Assembly (NCBI GenBank): GCA_018240325.1
Contig: JAFEFZ010000192.1
Coordinates: forward strand, 1,611 to 65,610
DNA: 64,000 bases
From: Pseudomonadota bacterium
GTDB taxonomy: Bacteria; Pseudomonadota; Gammaproteobacteria; Burkholderiales; Burkholderiaceae_C
Direction: 5' to 3'
A program made the position numbers and the translations under genes. Position 1 is the stretch's first letter. Each line of letters opens with the position of its first letter. Below the pieces are notes generated by a model. The model was not told the DNA's origin. It did not search any database and was given only the letters and a program-made list of their open reading frames with translations. Positions 55,017 to 63,302 of this stretch are shown in pieces.

Positions 55017-55321
55017 GGCGCATGAGACGGTGAGTACTCATCGGTCGGTATCGGCCCGAAGCGGCCGCAGGCCGCTTTGGGCCTGGCGGCCCTCATGCAC
55101 CGCTCCCCCGAGCCCCCTCCGAGAGGGGGCTCCAGTTCGTTTGACGAGTCGGCCTGCCGGCCGACGGACCGTCGTGTCTCCCGTGCGCCCGTCACACGCA
55201 GGCGGCTTGCGCCGGCCGCAAGGCCGGCCCGACTGTCATGCTGGAGCCCCCTCTCGGAGGGGGCTCGGGGGAGCCGTGTGTACGGGCCTTGGCCCGAAGT
55301 GGCCGAAGGCCGCTTCGGGCC
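55017..55321. repeat. Nested palindromic intergenic element (REP/BIME- or MITE-like)
   Basis: Perfect 33-bp inverted repeat at 55103-55135 and 55241-55273, plus outer palindromic 31-mers at 55053-55083 and 55291-55321. Confidence 0.85.
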
Positions 55322-55351
55322 GCAAACCGACAGCGACGAGCGGGCGCCACT

Positions 55352-56554
55352 TCAGGTTGCCCCCAGTATCACCCATGCCCGCGCGATCTCGGCGCTGCCG
55401 TCGTTGCCCTGCACGCCGCGCAGCGTGGCCGCGGCCTTCGGCTTGGCCTTGGCCGAATGCTGCTGCGCCATGCCCAGCCGCAGCCTGGCCTCGTCGGGGC
55501 GCTTCAGGCCGCCCTTGGCGATGCCCTGCTCGATCAGCGCCAGCCCCTGGTCGACCTCGCCCATCGTCACGTAGGCAAAACCCACGTGCACCAGCGCGTT
55601 GCCGTCCTTGGCGGCGGCGGCGTCGGTGGCCCTGGCGGCGATGGCGGCGGCCGCTTCGGCTGCGTCCTTCAGCGCCAGCTTGCGCAGCCGCTCGTGGCGC
55701 TCGGCCTCGGCGCCGGTGCCGAGCGCGCCCGCGGCGAAGCCGCGCTCGACCACCTGCTTCGCCTCGGCCGGATAGCCGGCCTGCAGCGCGAGCTGCGCCA
55801 TCTCCATGTAGTCGTCGGTGCGGGTCAGCGTGCCGCTGGCCAGCTTCAGCCGCAGCACGTCGAGCGCGTAGCGGTCGGCGAAGCCGCTCTTGCGCGGCAG
55901 CCGCGCGAGGTAGGCGGCCCAGTAGTCTTTCTTCGGGTAGGACGCGACCAGCTTCTCGAGCGTGCCCAGTTGGCCGGGGCTGTTGGTGCGCTGCTGCGCG
56001 TCGGCCAGGCGCAGCAGATCGGCTTCGGCCGGCTTCTGGCCGGCACGCTCGGCGGCGGCCACCGCGGCCGCCGCGTCGCGCGCGACCGCTGCATAGTCGC
56101 CCGACGAACCCTGCAGGTAGGCCTGCAGCTGCTTCAGGCTGGCGCTGTTGCCGCCGGCGGCTGCGGCCTTGGCGGCCCAGGCCTGCGCCTTCGCGTTGTC
56201 CTTGAGCTGCACGTACGCATGCGCGATCGATTCCGCCACCTGCGCCTGCTCGGCCGCGCCGAGCTTGCCGCTGTCGAACACCGCCTCGAAGGCGCGCGCC
56301 GCGGCGGCGTAGTCGCCGGCGCGCTGCGCGGCGGCGCCGCGCATGCGCTCGATCGTCAGCTGCTCGGCCGGCGTCTTGTTGGGCACTGCGTCGGCCTCGC
56401 GCACCTTGGCCAGTGCTTCCTTCGCCTTGCCGGCCTTGAGCAGTTCGCCCGCCTGGTGCAGCGGCTTGGCGACCTCGGGCCGCAGTGCCTGGGCGTGCGC
56501 GGGCATGCCGGCGGCGAGCAGCAGCGCCAGCGTCAGGAATCGCAGGAAGCGCAT
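55352..56554 (-). CDS. Exported all-alpha TPR-like protein
   Basis: Signal peptide MRFLRFLTLALLLAAGMPAHA and helical repeats. Last gene of the tonB-exb operon. Confidence 0.82.
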   Translation of the reverse strand: MRFLRFLTLALLLAAGMPAHAQALRPEVAKPLHQAGELLKAGKAKEALAKVREADAVPNKTPAEQLTIERMRGAAAQRAGDYAAAARAFEAVFDSGKLGAAEQAQVAESIAHAYVQLKDNAKAQAWAAKAAAAGGNSASLKQLQAYLQGSSGDYAAVARDAAAAVAAAERAGQKPAEADLLRLADAQQRTNSPGQLGTLEKLVASYPKKDYWAAYLARLPRKSGFADRYALDVLRLKLASGTLTRTDDYMEMAQLALQAGYPAEAKQVVERGFAAGALGTGAEAERHERLRKLALKDAAEAAAAIAARATDAAAAKDGNALVHVGFAYVTMGEVDQGLALIEQGIAKGGLKRPDEARLRLGMAQQHSAKAKPKAAATLRGVQGNDGSAEIARAWVILGAT

Positions 56555-56564
56555 CGCGTGCCGC

Positions 56565-56993
56565 CTACAGGAACTGCTCGTTGCCGACGATGCCGATCTT
56601 GGTGACCCCCAGACGCTGCGCCGAGGCCAGGATCATCGCCACCACCTTGTAGGTCACGAGCTTGTTCGGCCGCAGGTGCACCTCGGGCTGGTCGGCCTGC
56701 GCCGCGACCTCGGCGAGCCTGGATTCGAGCTCGTGGCGATCGGCCAGCACCACGCCGTTCCAGCCGATCGTGCCGTCGAAATCGACGTCGATGCGCACGA
56801 TCTCGGGCGGCTTGGGCGGCTGCGCGCTCTGGCCGATCGGCATGTTCATCTTGACCGCGTGGGTCTGGATCGGGATCGTGATGATCAGCATGATCAGCAG
56901 CACGAGCATCACGTCGATCAGCGGCGTCATGTTCATGTCGACCATCGGCTCGTCGTCGCTGCCGTGGTCGCCCGATCCCATGTTCATCGACAT
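56565..56993 (-). CDS. exbD: Biopolymer transport protein ExbD/TolR
   Basis: MNMTPLIDVMLVLLIMLII with the conserved Asp. Confidence 0.93.
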   Translation of the reverse strand: MSMNMGSGDHGSDDEPMVDMNMTPLIDVMLVLLIMLIITIPIQTHAVKMNMPIGQSAQPPKPPEIVRIDVDFDGTIGWNGVVLADRHELESRLAEVAAQADQPEVHLRPNKLVTYKVVAMILASAQRLGVTKIGIVGNEQFL

Positions 56994-57005
56994 CGCGGCT
57001 CCCCT

Positions 57006-57443
57006 TCAGCGCGCGGCCGCGCCGGCCGGCGGCTCGGTGATGAAGCCGACCTTGTAGATGCCCGCGCGCTGCACCGCGACCACCACCTTGCCGACCGACT
57101 CGTAGCGCACCTCGGCGTCGCCGCGGATGTGCACCTCGGGCTGCGGCTCCTTGACCGCCTCGACCTTCAGCCGCGCGACCAGCGTCTCGATGTCGGGCAC
57201 GCGCTCCATGCCCCAGAAGATCTCGCCGTCGCGGTTGACCGCGATCACGATGTTCTCGGGCTTGGTCTGCGTGGGCACGTTGCGTTCCTTGGGCAGCTCC
57301 AGCGGGATGCTGGCGCTGACCACCGGAATCGTGATCAGGAAGATGATCAGCATCACCAGCATCACGTCGACCAGCGGCGTGGTGTTGATGGTGGCGTTCA
57401 TCTCGTCCTCGTCGCCTTCGGCGTTCGCGAGGTTCATCGCCAT
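57006..57443 (-). CDS. exbD: Biopolymer transport protein ExbD/TolR
   Basis: INTTPLVDVMLVMLIIFLIT, HIRGD. Confidence 0.93.
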   Translation of the reverse strand: MAMNLANAEGDEDEMNATINTTPLVDVMLVMLIIFLITIPVVSASIPLELPKERNVPTQTKPENIVIAVNRDGEIFWGMERVPDIETLVARLKVEAVKEPQPEVHIRGDAEVRYESVGKVVVAVQRAGIYKVGFITEPPAGAAAR

Positions 57444-57477
57444 CGTCGTCTCCCGCTGCGCGCGCCCGTTGCGGCCT

Positions 57478-58275
57478 TCAGACGCGCCGGCCCGCGATCA
57501 GCACGTTGTGCAGGTCGCCGCCGAAGGCGCGCACCCGCTCCATCGCGCTCTTGTTGCGCCGGATCAGCCAGTTGTAGCCCATCACCGCCGGCACCGCGAC
57601 CGCCAGGCCGAAGGCGGTCATGATCAGCGCCTCGCCCACCGGGCCGGCGACCTTGTCGATCGACGCCTGCCCGCTGATGCCGATCGCGGTGAGCGCGTGG
57701 TACACGCCCCAGACCGTGCCGAACAGGCCGACGAAAGGCGCGGTCGAGCCGACCGTGGCCAGGAAGGCGAGCCCGTCCTGCAGCCGGCTGTTGACGTTGT
57801 CCATCGCGCGCTGGATGCTCATCGACACCCAGGTGTGCAGGTCGATCCGCTCGACCAGCGTGCCTTCGTGGTGCTCGCTGGCCGACTGGCCGCTCTCGGC
57901 GACGAAACGGAACGCGCTGCCCGGCTCGAGGGTCTCGATGCCGGCCTTGATCGTGCCCGCGCCCCAGAAGCTCCTGGCCGCCGCCTGCGCGCTCTTCATC
58001 AGCTTGTGCTGCTCCCACAGCTTGGCGAAGATGATGTACCAGCTGCCGATGCTCATGACCACCATGATCAGCAGCGTCGCGCGCGACACCATGTCGCCCT
58101 GCGCCCACAGCGCGCCGAGGCCGTAGGGGTTGAGGACCGTCTCGGTTTCCACGGCGGGCATGGGTGCCGACGCGGCCTGCGCCAGCGCGGCCTCGGGCAG
58201 CGCCGCGCCGGCAAGGGCGGCGGCCAGCGCCAGCGCAATGCCGGCAAGCGGGCGGGACGGCTTGTTCAGGGACAT
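57478..58275 (-). CDS. exbB: MotA/TolQ/ExbB proton channel protein
   Basis: LATVGSTAPFVGLFGTVWGVY, EALIMTAFGLAVAVPAV. Confidence 0.94.
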   Translation of the reverse strand: MSLNKPSRPLAGIALALAAALAGAALPEAALAQAASAPMPAVETETVLNPYGLGALWAQGDMVSRATLLIMVVMSIGSWYIIFAKLWEQHKLMKSAQAAARSFWGAGTIKAGIETLEPGSAFRFVAESGQSASEHHEGTLVERIDLHTWVSMSIQRAMDNVNSRLQDGLAFLATVGSTAPFVGLFGTVWGVYHALTAIGISGQASIDKVAGPVGEALIMTAFGLAVAVPAVMGYNWLIRRNKSAMERVRAFGGDLHNVLIAGRRV

Positions 58276-58327
58276 GGGGGCTCCAGTTGGTGGGGCGGCC
58301 GCACGCGAAGCACGGCGGGGCGGTGGG

Positions 58328-59014
58328 TCAATCGACGATCTTCCAGACGTACTCGATGCGGCCGCTGAGCTTCTCGGGCTTGCCGTCGACCGTGCCGGGC
58401 GTGCCCTTGCAGCCCTTGACCGCCTCGAGCGTCATGCGGTCGAGCATCTTGTGCTCGCGCGACATGCCGGCCGAGCGCTCGACTTCGGCCTCGGTGATCA
58501 CGCCCGAGACGTCCATCGTGTACTTGACCACCACCGTGCCCTGCGCCTCGGCGCGGCGGGTGGCGGCGTTGTACTCGGGCTTGGCGCAGGCGTTGAAATC
58601 GAGCTTCGGCGCGGTGCGCACCGGCGCGGCCGGCGGTGCCGGCGGGGCGGGCGGCGCCGCCGGCCCCGGCGCTGCCGGCTCGATGCGCACCGGCGGCGCC
58701 GGCGGCGGCACCACCGTGGTGGTGGTGATCGTCGGTGCCGGCGGCGGGTTGGCCACCTGGATCTCGGGCGGCGGCACGAACGACGGCGGCGGCGGCGCGG
58801 TCTTCGGCGGCGGCGGCAGGTTCTCCGGCGGCGGCGGTGGAGGCGGCTTGACCTCTTCGATGATCTTGGTCTCGATCGGCGCCCGGACCACCTCGATCAC
58901 CTTGCGGCCGAGCCCCGCCACCAGCGCCCAGCCGAGCAACAGGTGCAGCAAGACCACGACGCTCAAGTTGAGCAGGTGCTTGCGCGGGTCGCGCTGTTGT
59001 TGGGCGTAGTCCAA
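58328..59014 (-). CDS. tonB: Energy transducer TonB
   Basis: TM helix with H (VVLLHLLL), a Pro-rich linker, and a C-terminal PEY..AEAQGTVVV domain. TTG start inferred. Confidence 0.9.
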   Translation of the reverse strand: MDYAQQQRDPRKHLLNLSVVVLLHLLLGWALVAGLGRKVIEVVRAPIETKIIEEVKPPPPPPPENLPPPPKTAPPPPSFVPPPEIQVANPPPAPTITTTTVVPPPAPPVRIEPAAPGPAAPPAPPAPPAAPVRTAPKLDFNACAKPEYNAATRRAEAQGTVVVKYTMDVSGVITEAEVERSAGMSREHKMLDRMTLEAVKGCKGTPGTVDGKPEKLSGRIEYVWKIVD

Positions 59015-59178
59015 GTGACGGGTTCCGCGCGCTGGTGTGCCGGCCGGCCGCGGCAAGGTGTTCGGGCCCGCCGCGCGGCCGCACTATAGCCGGCGCCGTT
59101 CAGGGGCCGCCCTCGGCCAGGTCTTTGACGGCGGCGGTGCAGCCGCGGCCTGCGGGCGGATCGGGCGACACTCGCGGG

Positions 59179-60186
59179 ATGCAGATTGCCGACCTCCTCG
59201 GCCGCTGGCGCGCGGCCGGCGCCACCCCGGTCCACGAGCAGCGGCTGCTGCGCGCGTGGGCGGCGGGGTTGCCGCTCGATGCCCATGCACGCGCCGGCCA
59301 CCGCCAGTTGCCGCGTGCGCTGCGCGCGGCGCTGCCGGAATTCGAGGACGCGCTCGCGGCAATGGCGCGCGTGCACTCGCGCCACGCCGGCTCGGACGGC
59401 GAACGCCTGCTGGTCGCACTGGCCGACGGCCGCAGCGTCGAGAGCGTGCTGCTGCCGCGCGGCGGGTTGTGCGTGTCCACGCAGGTCGGCTGCGCGGTGG
59501 GGTGCAGCTTCTGCATGACCGGGCGCGGCGGCCTCGAGCGCCAACTCGGCAGCGCCGAGATCGTCGCCCAGGTGGCGCTCGCGCGGCGGCTGCGGGCGGT
59601 CACCAAAGTGGTCCTGATGGGAATGGGCGAGCCGGCGCACAACCTCGATGCGGTGCTGGCGGCGATCGAACTGCTCGGCACCGCGGGCGGCATCGGCCAC
59701 AAGAGCCTCGTGTTCTCGACGGTGGGCGACCTGCGCGCCTTCGAGCGGCTGCCGCTGGCGCGCGTCAGGCCGGCGCTGGCGCTGTCGCTGCACACGACGA
59801 AGGCGGCGCTGCGCGCGCGCCTGCTGCCACGTGCGCCGCCGATCGCCCCGGCAGAACTGGTGCGCCGCGCGCTCGACTACGCCGACGCCACCGGCTATGC
59901 GCTGCAGGTGCAGTGGACGCTGATCGAGGGCGTGAACGACGGTGGCGACGAGATCGACGGCCTGGCGGCGTGGCTCGCCGGCCGACGCGCGGTGCTGAAC
60001 CTGATTCCATTCAACCCGATCGATGCTTCGCCGTTTCGCCGCCCCCCTTGGGAGCAGGCGGCGGCGATGGCGCGCGCGCTGCACCGGCGCGGCGTGCTCG
60101 CCAAGCTGCGCCGCTCGGCCGCGCAGGAGGTCGATGGCGCTTGCGGGCAACTGCGCGCGCGCCGGCTGGCAGCGGCGGCCGGCTGA
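59179..60186 (+). CDS. RlmN/Cfr-like radical-SAM RNA methyltransferase paralog
   Basis: LCVSTQVGCAVGCSFC, MGMGEP, C-terminal DGACGQL. Confidence 0.9.
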   Translation: MQIADLLGRWRAAGATPVHEQRLLRAWAAGLPLDAHARAGHRQLPRALRAALPEFEDALAAMARVHSRHAGSDGERLLVALADGRSVESVLLPRGGLCVSTQVGCAVGCSFCMTGRGGLERQLGSAEIVAQVALARRLRAVTKVVLMGMGEPAHNLDAVLAAIELLGTAGGIGHKSLVFSTVGDLRAFERLPLARVRPALALSLHTTKAALRARLLPRAPPIAPAELVRRALDYADATGYALQVQWTLIEGVNDGGDEIDGLAAWLAGRRAVLNLIPFNPIDASPFRRPPWEQAAAMARALHRRGVLAKLRRSAAQEVDGACGQLRARRLAAAAG

Positions 60187-60291
60187 ACGACGGCTGCTGC
60201 AGGCGCGGCGCGGCCGCGCTTGCAGCCCGTGCCGGCGGCCGCGAGGCCGCGAGCCGATCTCAGTTGCTCAGCCGCGCTTGGCCCGGCAGGC

Positions 60292-60687
60292 GACGCATGA
60301 AGCGGCGAGTACTCATCGGCCGGTATCGAGCCTTTGCGGTCCTTCGCCGCTGCGCCGAAAGCAGTCCTCGTTCGGGTGCGAAAACGTGGCGCACGGGGCC
60401 GCCGACGGGGTGGCCAACTCCGTTCAGCCAAATTCTTATTCACTCCGTTGGCCACCCCGCCGTCGGCCCGGGCGGTGGTATGCCGAGACCGCTGTTCGCG
60501 CGCTGCTCGACGCAGTGGGGGCTTGCTGAAGAAGCGCGCTGGCGGTGCCGGCAAAGCCGACGAGGGGGTGGCCGGCGGAGTGAAAGCGCGCAGCGCTTCG
60601 GTGAAGGCTCATATCGCGCAGCGATGTGATGTCGGAGCCAATAAGAATTTGGCTGAACGCAGCCGGCTGCCCCCTCGGCGGCTTTGC
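60292..60687. repeat. Composite intergenic repeat: a shared 37-bp head plus two inverted copies of a GC-armed unit with an AT-rich core
   Basis: CGTTCAGCCAAATTCTTATT at 60421-60440 and its exact reverse complement at 60640-60659. Each copy is flanked by inverted GC arms. Confidence 0.8.
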
Positions 60688-60771
60688 CTCAACGGCCTCG
60701 AAACGCAACGAAGAACAGCAGAAGTCCCAAGAGGCAGGACAGGGCCGCAGGCGGACAGTGGAAGGGCTGGG

Positions 60772-61740
60772 CTAGGGCTGGAAGCCCGACTTGCGCACCA
60801 CCGGCAGCCACTTCGCGCGGTAGGCCTTCAGCATCGCCGCGGTCTGCTCCGGCGTGCTGACCACCGGCGTCATGTAGGCCGCGGCGAAGCTCTGGCGCAG
60901 CGCCGGCTCCTGCATCACGTCGCGGATCGCCGCGGCGATCGCCTGCACCTTCGCAGGCGGCATCGACGCGGCCGCGAAGAAGGCGTTCCAGCCGGTGCCG
61001 GCGATCGGCAGGCCGGCTTCGCGGAAGGTGGGCACGTCCGGCGCATAGGGCGCGCGCTGCTCGCCCGAAGTCGCCAGGATGCGGATGCGCCCGGCCTGGT
61101 GCAGCGGATACAGCGCGTCGAGCGTGTCCACCGCGACCGGCAGCGAGCCGCCGATCAGGTCGGTCGACAGCGGCCCCGAGCCGCGGTAGCCGACGATCTG
61201 CGGATCGAGCTTCGCTGCCTCGCCGATCATCAGCGCGAAGAAGTGCGGCAGGCTGCCGGTGGCCGGCACGCCGAAGCTGCTCTTGTCGGGGTTCGCCTTC
61301 AACCACGCGAACAGGTGCGACAGCGCCTTCACCGGCACCTCGCGGCCGACGGCGATGCCGAACTCGTAGTCGTTGACGTGCGAGATCGGCTGGAAGTCCT
61401 TCTCCGGGTCGTAGCCGGCGTCCTTGAACACCACCGGCGCGATCACCATCGTGGCCGGGTTGCCGATCATCACGACGTTCTGGTCGGCCGGCGTGCGCTT
61501 GACCTGCTGCGCGGCGATGCGCCCGCCGGCGCCGGTGCGGTTCTCGACGACCACGGTGACGCCGAGCTTCGCGCCCAGCCGGTCGCCGACCAGGCGCGCG
61601 ACCCGGTCGCTCGAGCCGCCCGGCGCGTAGGGCACGACGATCGTCAGCGGGCCGTCGAGCGCGGCGGCGCGGGCGCCAGGCGCAAGGCACAGCGCCGCCG
61701 CGGCGGCGAGCGCGGCAGTCATCAGGCAGCGGCGGTTCAT
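60772..61740 (-). CDS. Bug/TctC substrate-binding protein
   Basis: LTIVVPYAPGGSSD, VENRTGAGGRIA, YRGSGP..DLIGG, APDVPTFREAG. AGGAG RBS 7 nt upstream of ATG 61740. Confidence 0.93.
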   Translation of the reverse strand: MNRRCLMTAALAAAAALCLAPGARAAALDGPLTIVVPYAPGGSSDRVARLVGDRLGAKLGVTVVVENRTGAGGRIAAQQVKRTPADQNVVMIGNPATMVIAPVVFKDAGYDPEKDFQPISHVNDYEFGIAVGREVPVKALSHLFAWLKANPDKSSFGVPATGSLPHFFALMIGEAAKLDPQIVGYRGSGPLSTDLIGGSLPVAVDTLDALYPLHQAGRIRILATSGEQRAPYAPDVPTFREAGLPIAGTGWNAFFAAASMPPAKVQAIAAAIRDVMQEPALRQSFAAAYMTPVVSTPEQTAAMLKAYRAKWLPVVRKSGFQP

Positions 61741-61800
61741 CGGCGGGCTCCTTTGCGGATTCATGGGCGGGTTCTTTAGCGGGTTTATTGGCGGGTTCAT
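61741..61800 (-). repeat. Five imperfect 12-nt tandem repeats between the yceI stop and the Bug start
   Basis: ATGAACCCGCCA ATAAACCCGCTA AAGAACCCGCCC ATGAATCCGCAA AGGAGCCCGCCG. Confidence 0.85.
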
Positions 61801-62372
61801 TGGCGGAATGCCTCGATGGTGGCGCCGATGCGCACTTCCTTGGGCATGCCGCGGTCCACCAGGTAGTTCATGCCCCAGCGCGTGCGGTCGATCACGGCCT
61901 CGAAATCGCCGCCGCAGGCTTCAGTCTTGGCGCGCGGGTTCGCATAGCAGTTGAACTGGTTGGCCTTCAGCGTCACCGGGTGCGTCTGCCCCAGCAGCGT
62001 GAGCTGGCCGGGCACCTCGACCAGGCGCTCGCCCTCGAACACCATCCGGTCGGAGACGAAGCGCATCGTCGGGTGGCGGGCGGCGTCGAACAGGTCGGGC
62101 GACAGCAGGTGCTGGTCGAAGCCCTTGGAGCCGGTGTACAGGCTCGCGACCGGCAGCGCGATGTCGATCGCGCCGGTGCGCGCGACCTTGTCGAAGCGCA
62201 CCGTGCCGGTGGCGTTGCCGAAGCGCCCGCGGTTGACCGAGGCGCCGTAGTGGCCGATGGCAAAGGTGGCGTAGGTGTGGTCGTCGTCGATCTTGTAGGT
62301 GGCGGGCTCGGCCCGGGCCGCACCCAGGCCCAGCGCCAGCAGCGCCATCGATAGGCAAGCGGACTTGCTCAT
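61797..62372 (-). CDS. yceI: YceI-family lipid/polyisoprenoid-binding periplasmic protein
   Basis: YKIDDDHT..F.I.H.G.S...GRF, HLLSPDLFDA, GQLTLLGQTHPV, DRTRWGM. Confidence 0.92.
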   Translation of the reverse strand: MSKSACLSMALLALGLGAARAEPATYKIDDDHTYATFAIGHYGASVNRGRFGNATGTVRFDKVARTGAIDIALPVASLYTGSKGFDQHLLSPDLFDAARHPTMRFVSDRMVFEGERLVEVPGQLTLLGQTHPVTLKANQFNCYANPRAKTEACGGDFEAVIDRTRWGMNYLVDRGMPKEVRIGATIEAFRQ

Positions 62373-62523
62373 GGAAACCCTCTGGTTGCGAAACGACAGC
62401 GCCCGGTGCTGATGTCCAGGTCGCGACCTGCGACGTCCGGTGGCGCGCGGGGCGCTCCGAGCCGGATGCACCATACCAGCCCGCGCGCAGCCTTGCAGCG
62501 CCGGCCCCGCTGTGCCGCGCGGC

Positions 62524-63276
62524 TCAAACGCCGCCGGTGCCGCCGGTGCCGCCGGGCAAGGCACTGACGCGCCGGTGCAGCGCCGCCACGTAGTCGTCGG
62601 CCAGCCCGAGCCGGCCGAGCTGCCGCGCCAGCTGCTCCAGGTAGTCGCGGTTGCTGCCCAGCGGGCCGGCGGCGCGGGCGATGATCGCGGCCGTCTCGGC
62701 CGGCGGCAACTCGGCGATGTGCTCGGGGTGGTCGGTGTTGGCGGCGAACACGACGGCCTGCACGGGGCCCTGCGGCGTGGCCAGCGGCAGCCACGTCGGG
62801 CGGTAGCCGCCGCGCACCATCTCGCGCCGCCAGATGCAGGCCGATTCCGACTCGACCGCCGCCGCCTCGATCCGGAACGCGAGCCCGCGGCAGGTGCCGT
62901 CGCCGGGCTCCAGCGACAGCATCAGCGCCGGCTGCTCGGGCGTGCCGCGCCCGCCGGTGATGCGGTAGGCGAAGCGCCGCCGCCAGCCGGCGAGCGCGGC
63001 AAGGCGCAGCTCGGCGAAGTGGAAGCCCGGGTCCCACATCAGCGAGCCGTAGGCGAAGACCCACAGATCCTGCTGCGCGGGCAGCGCGCGCAGGAAAGCT
63101 TGGCGCAGCCCTTCGCGCTGCGCGTCGGGCAGCCGCCAGTCGGCCGGCTGGCCGGCCGCGAGCGCGCCCGCGTCCCACTGCGCCAGCACCTCGGGCGTGA
63201 CCCGCAACGGCGAATCGGCCGGCGCCCGGATGCAGCCGCGCAGCTGCGGCAGGTGGCGGAAGGCGTCGTCGTCCAT
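62524..63276 (-). CDS. chaC: Second ChaC-family gamma-glutamylcyclotransferase
   Basis: LWVFAYGSLMWDP, RGTPEQPALMLSL, IWRREM, GPLGSNRDYL. Confidence 0.9.
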   Translation of the reverse strand: MDDDAFRHLPQLRGCIRAPADSPLRVTPEVLAQWDAGALAAGQPADWRLPDAQREGLRQAFLRALPAQQDLWVFAYGSLMWDPGFHFAELRLAALAGWRRRFAYRITGGRGTPEQPALMLSLEPGDGTCRGLAFRIEAAAVESESACIWRREMVRGGYRPTWLPLATPQGPVQAVVFAANTDHPEHIAELPPAETAAIIARAAGPLGSNRDYLEQLARQLGRLGLADDYVAALHRRVSALPGGTGGTGGV

Positions 63277-63302
63277 GCGCAGGTCCGGCCCCGCCGGGCC
63301 CT

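Noticed and set aside
60401-60467. Integron attC site (..CCAAC / GTTGG.. arms)
   Set aside because: It does not fit RYYYAAC/GTTRRRY, there is no cassette array, and no integrase is in the window.
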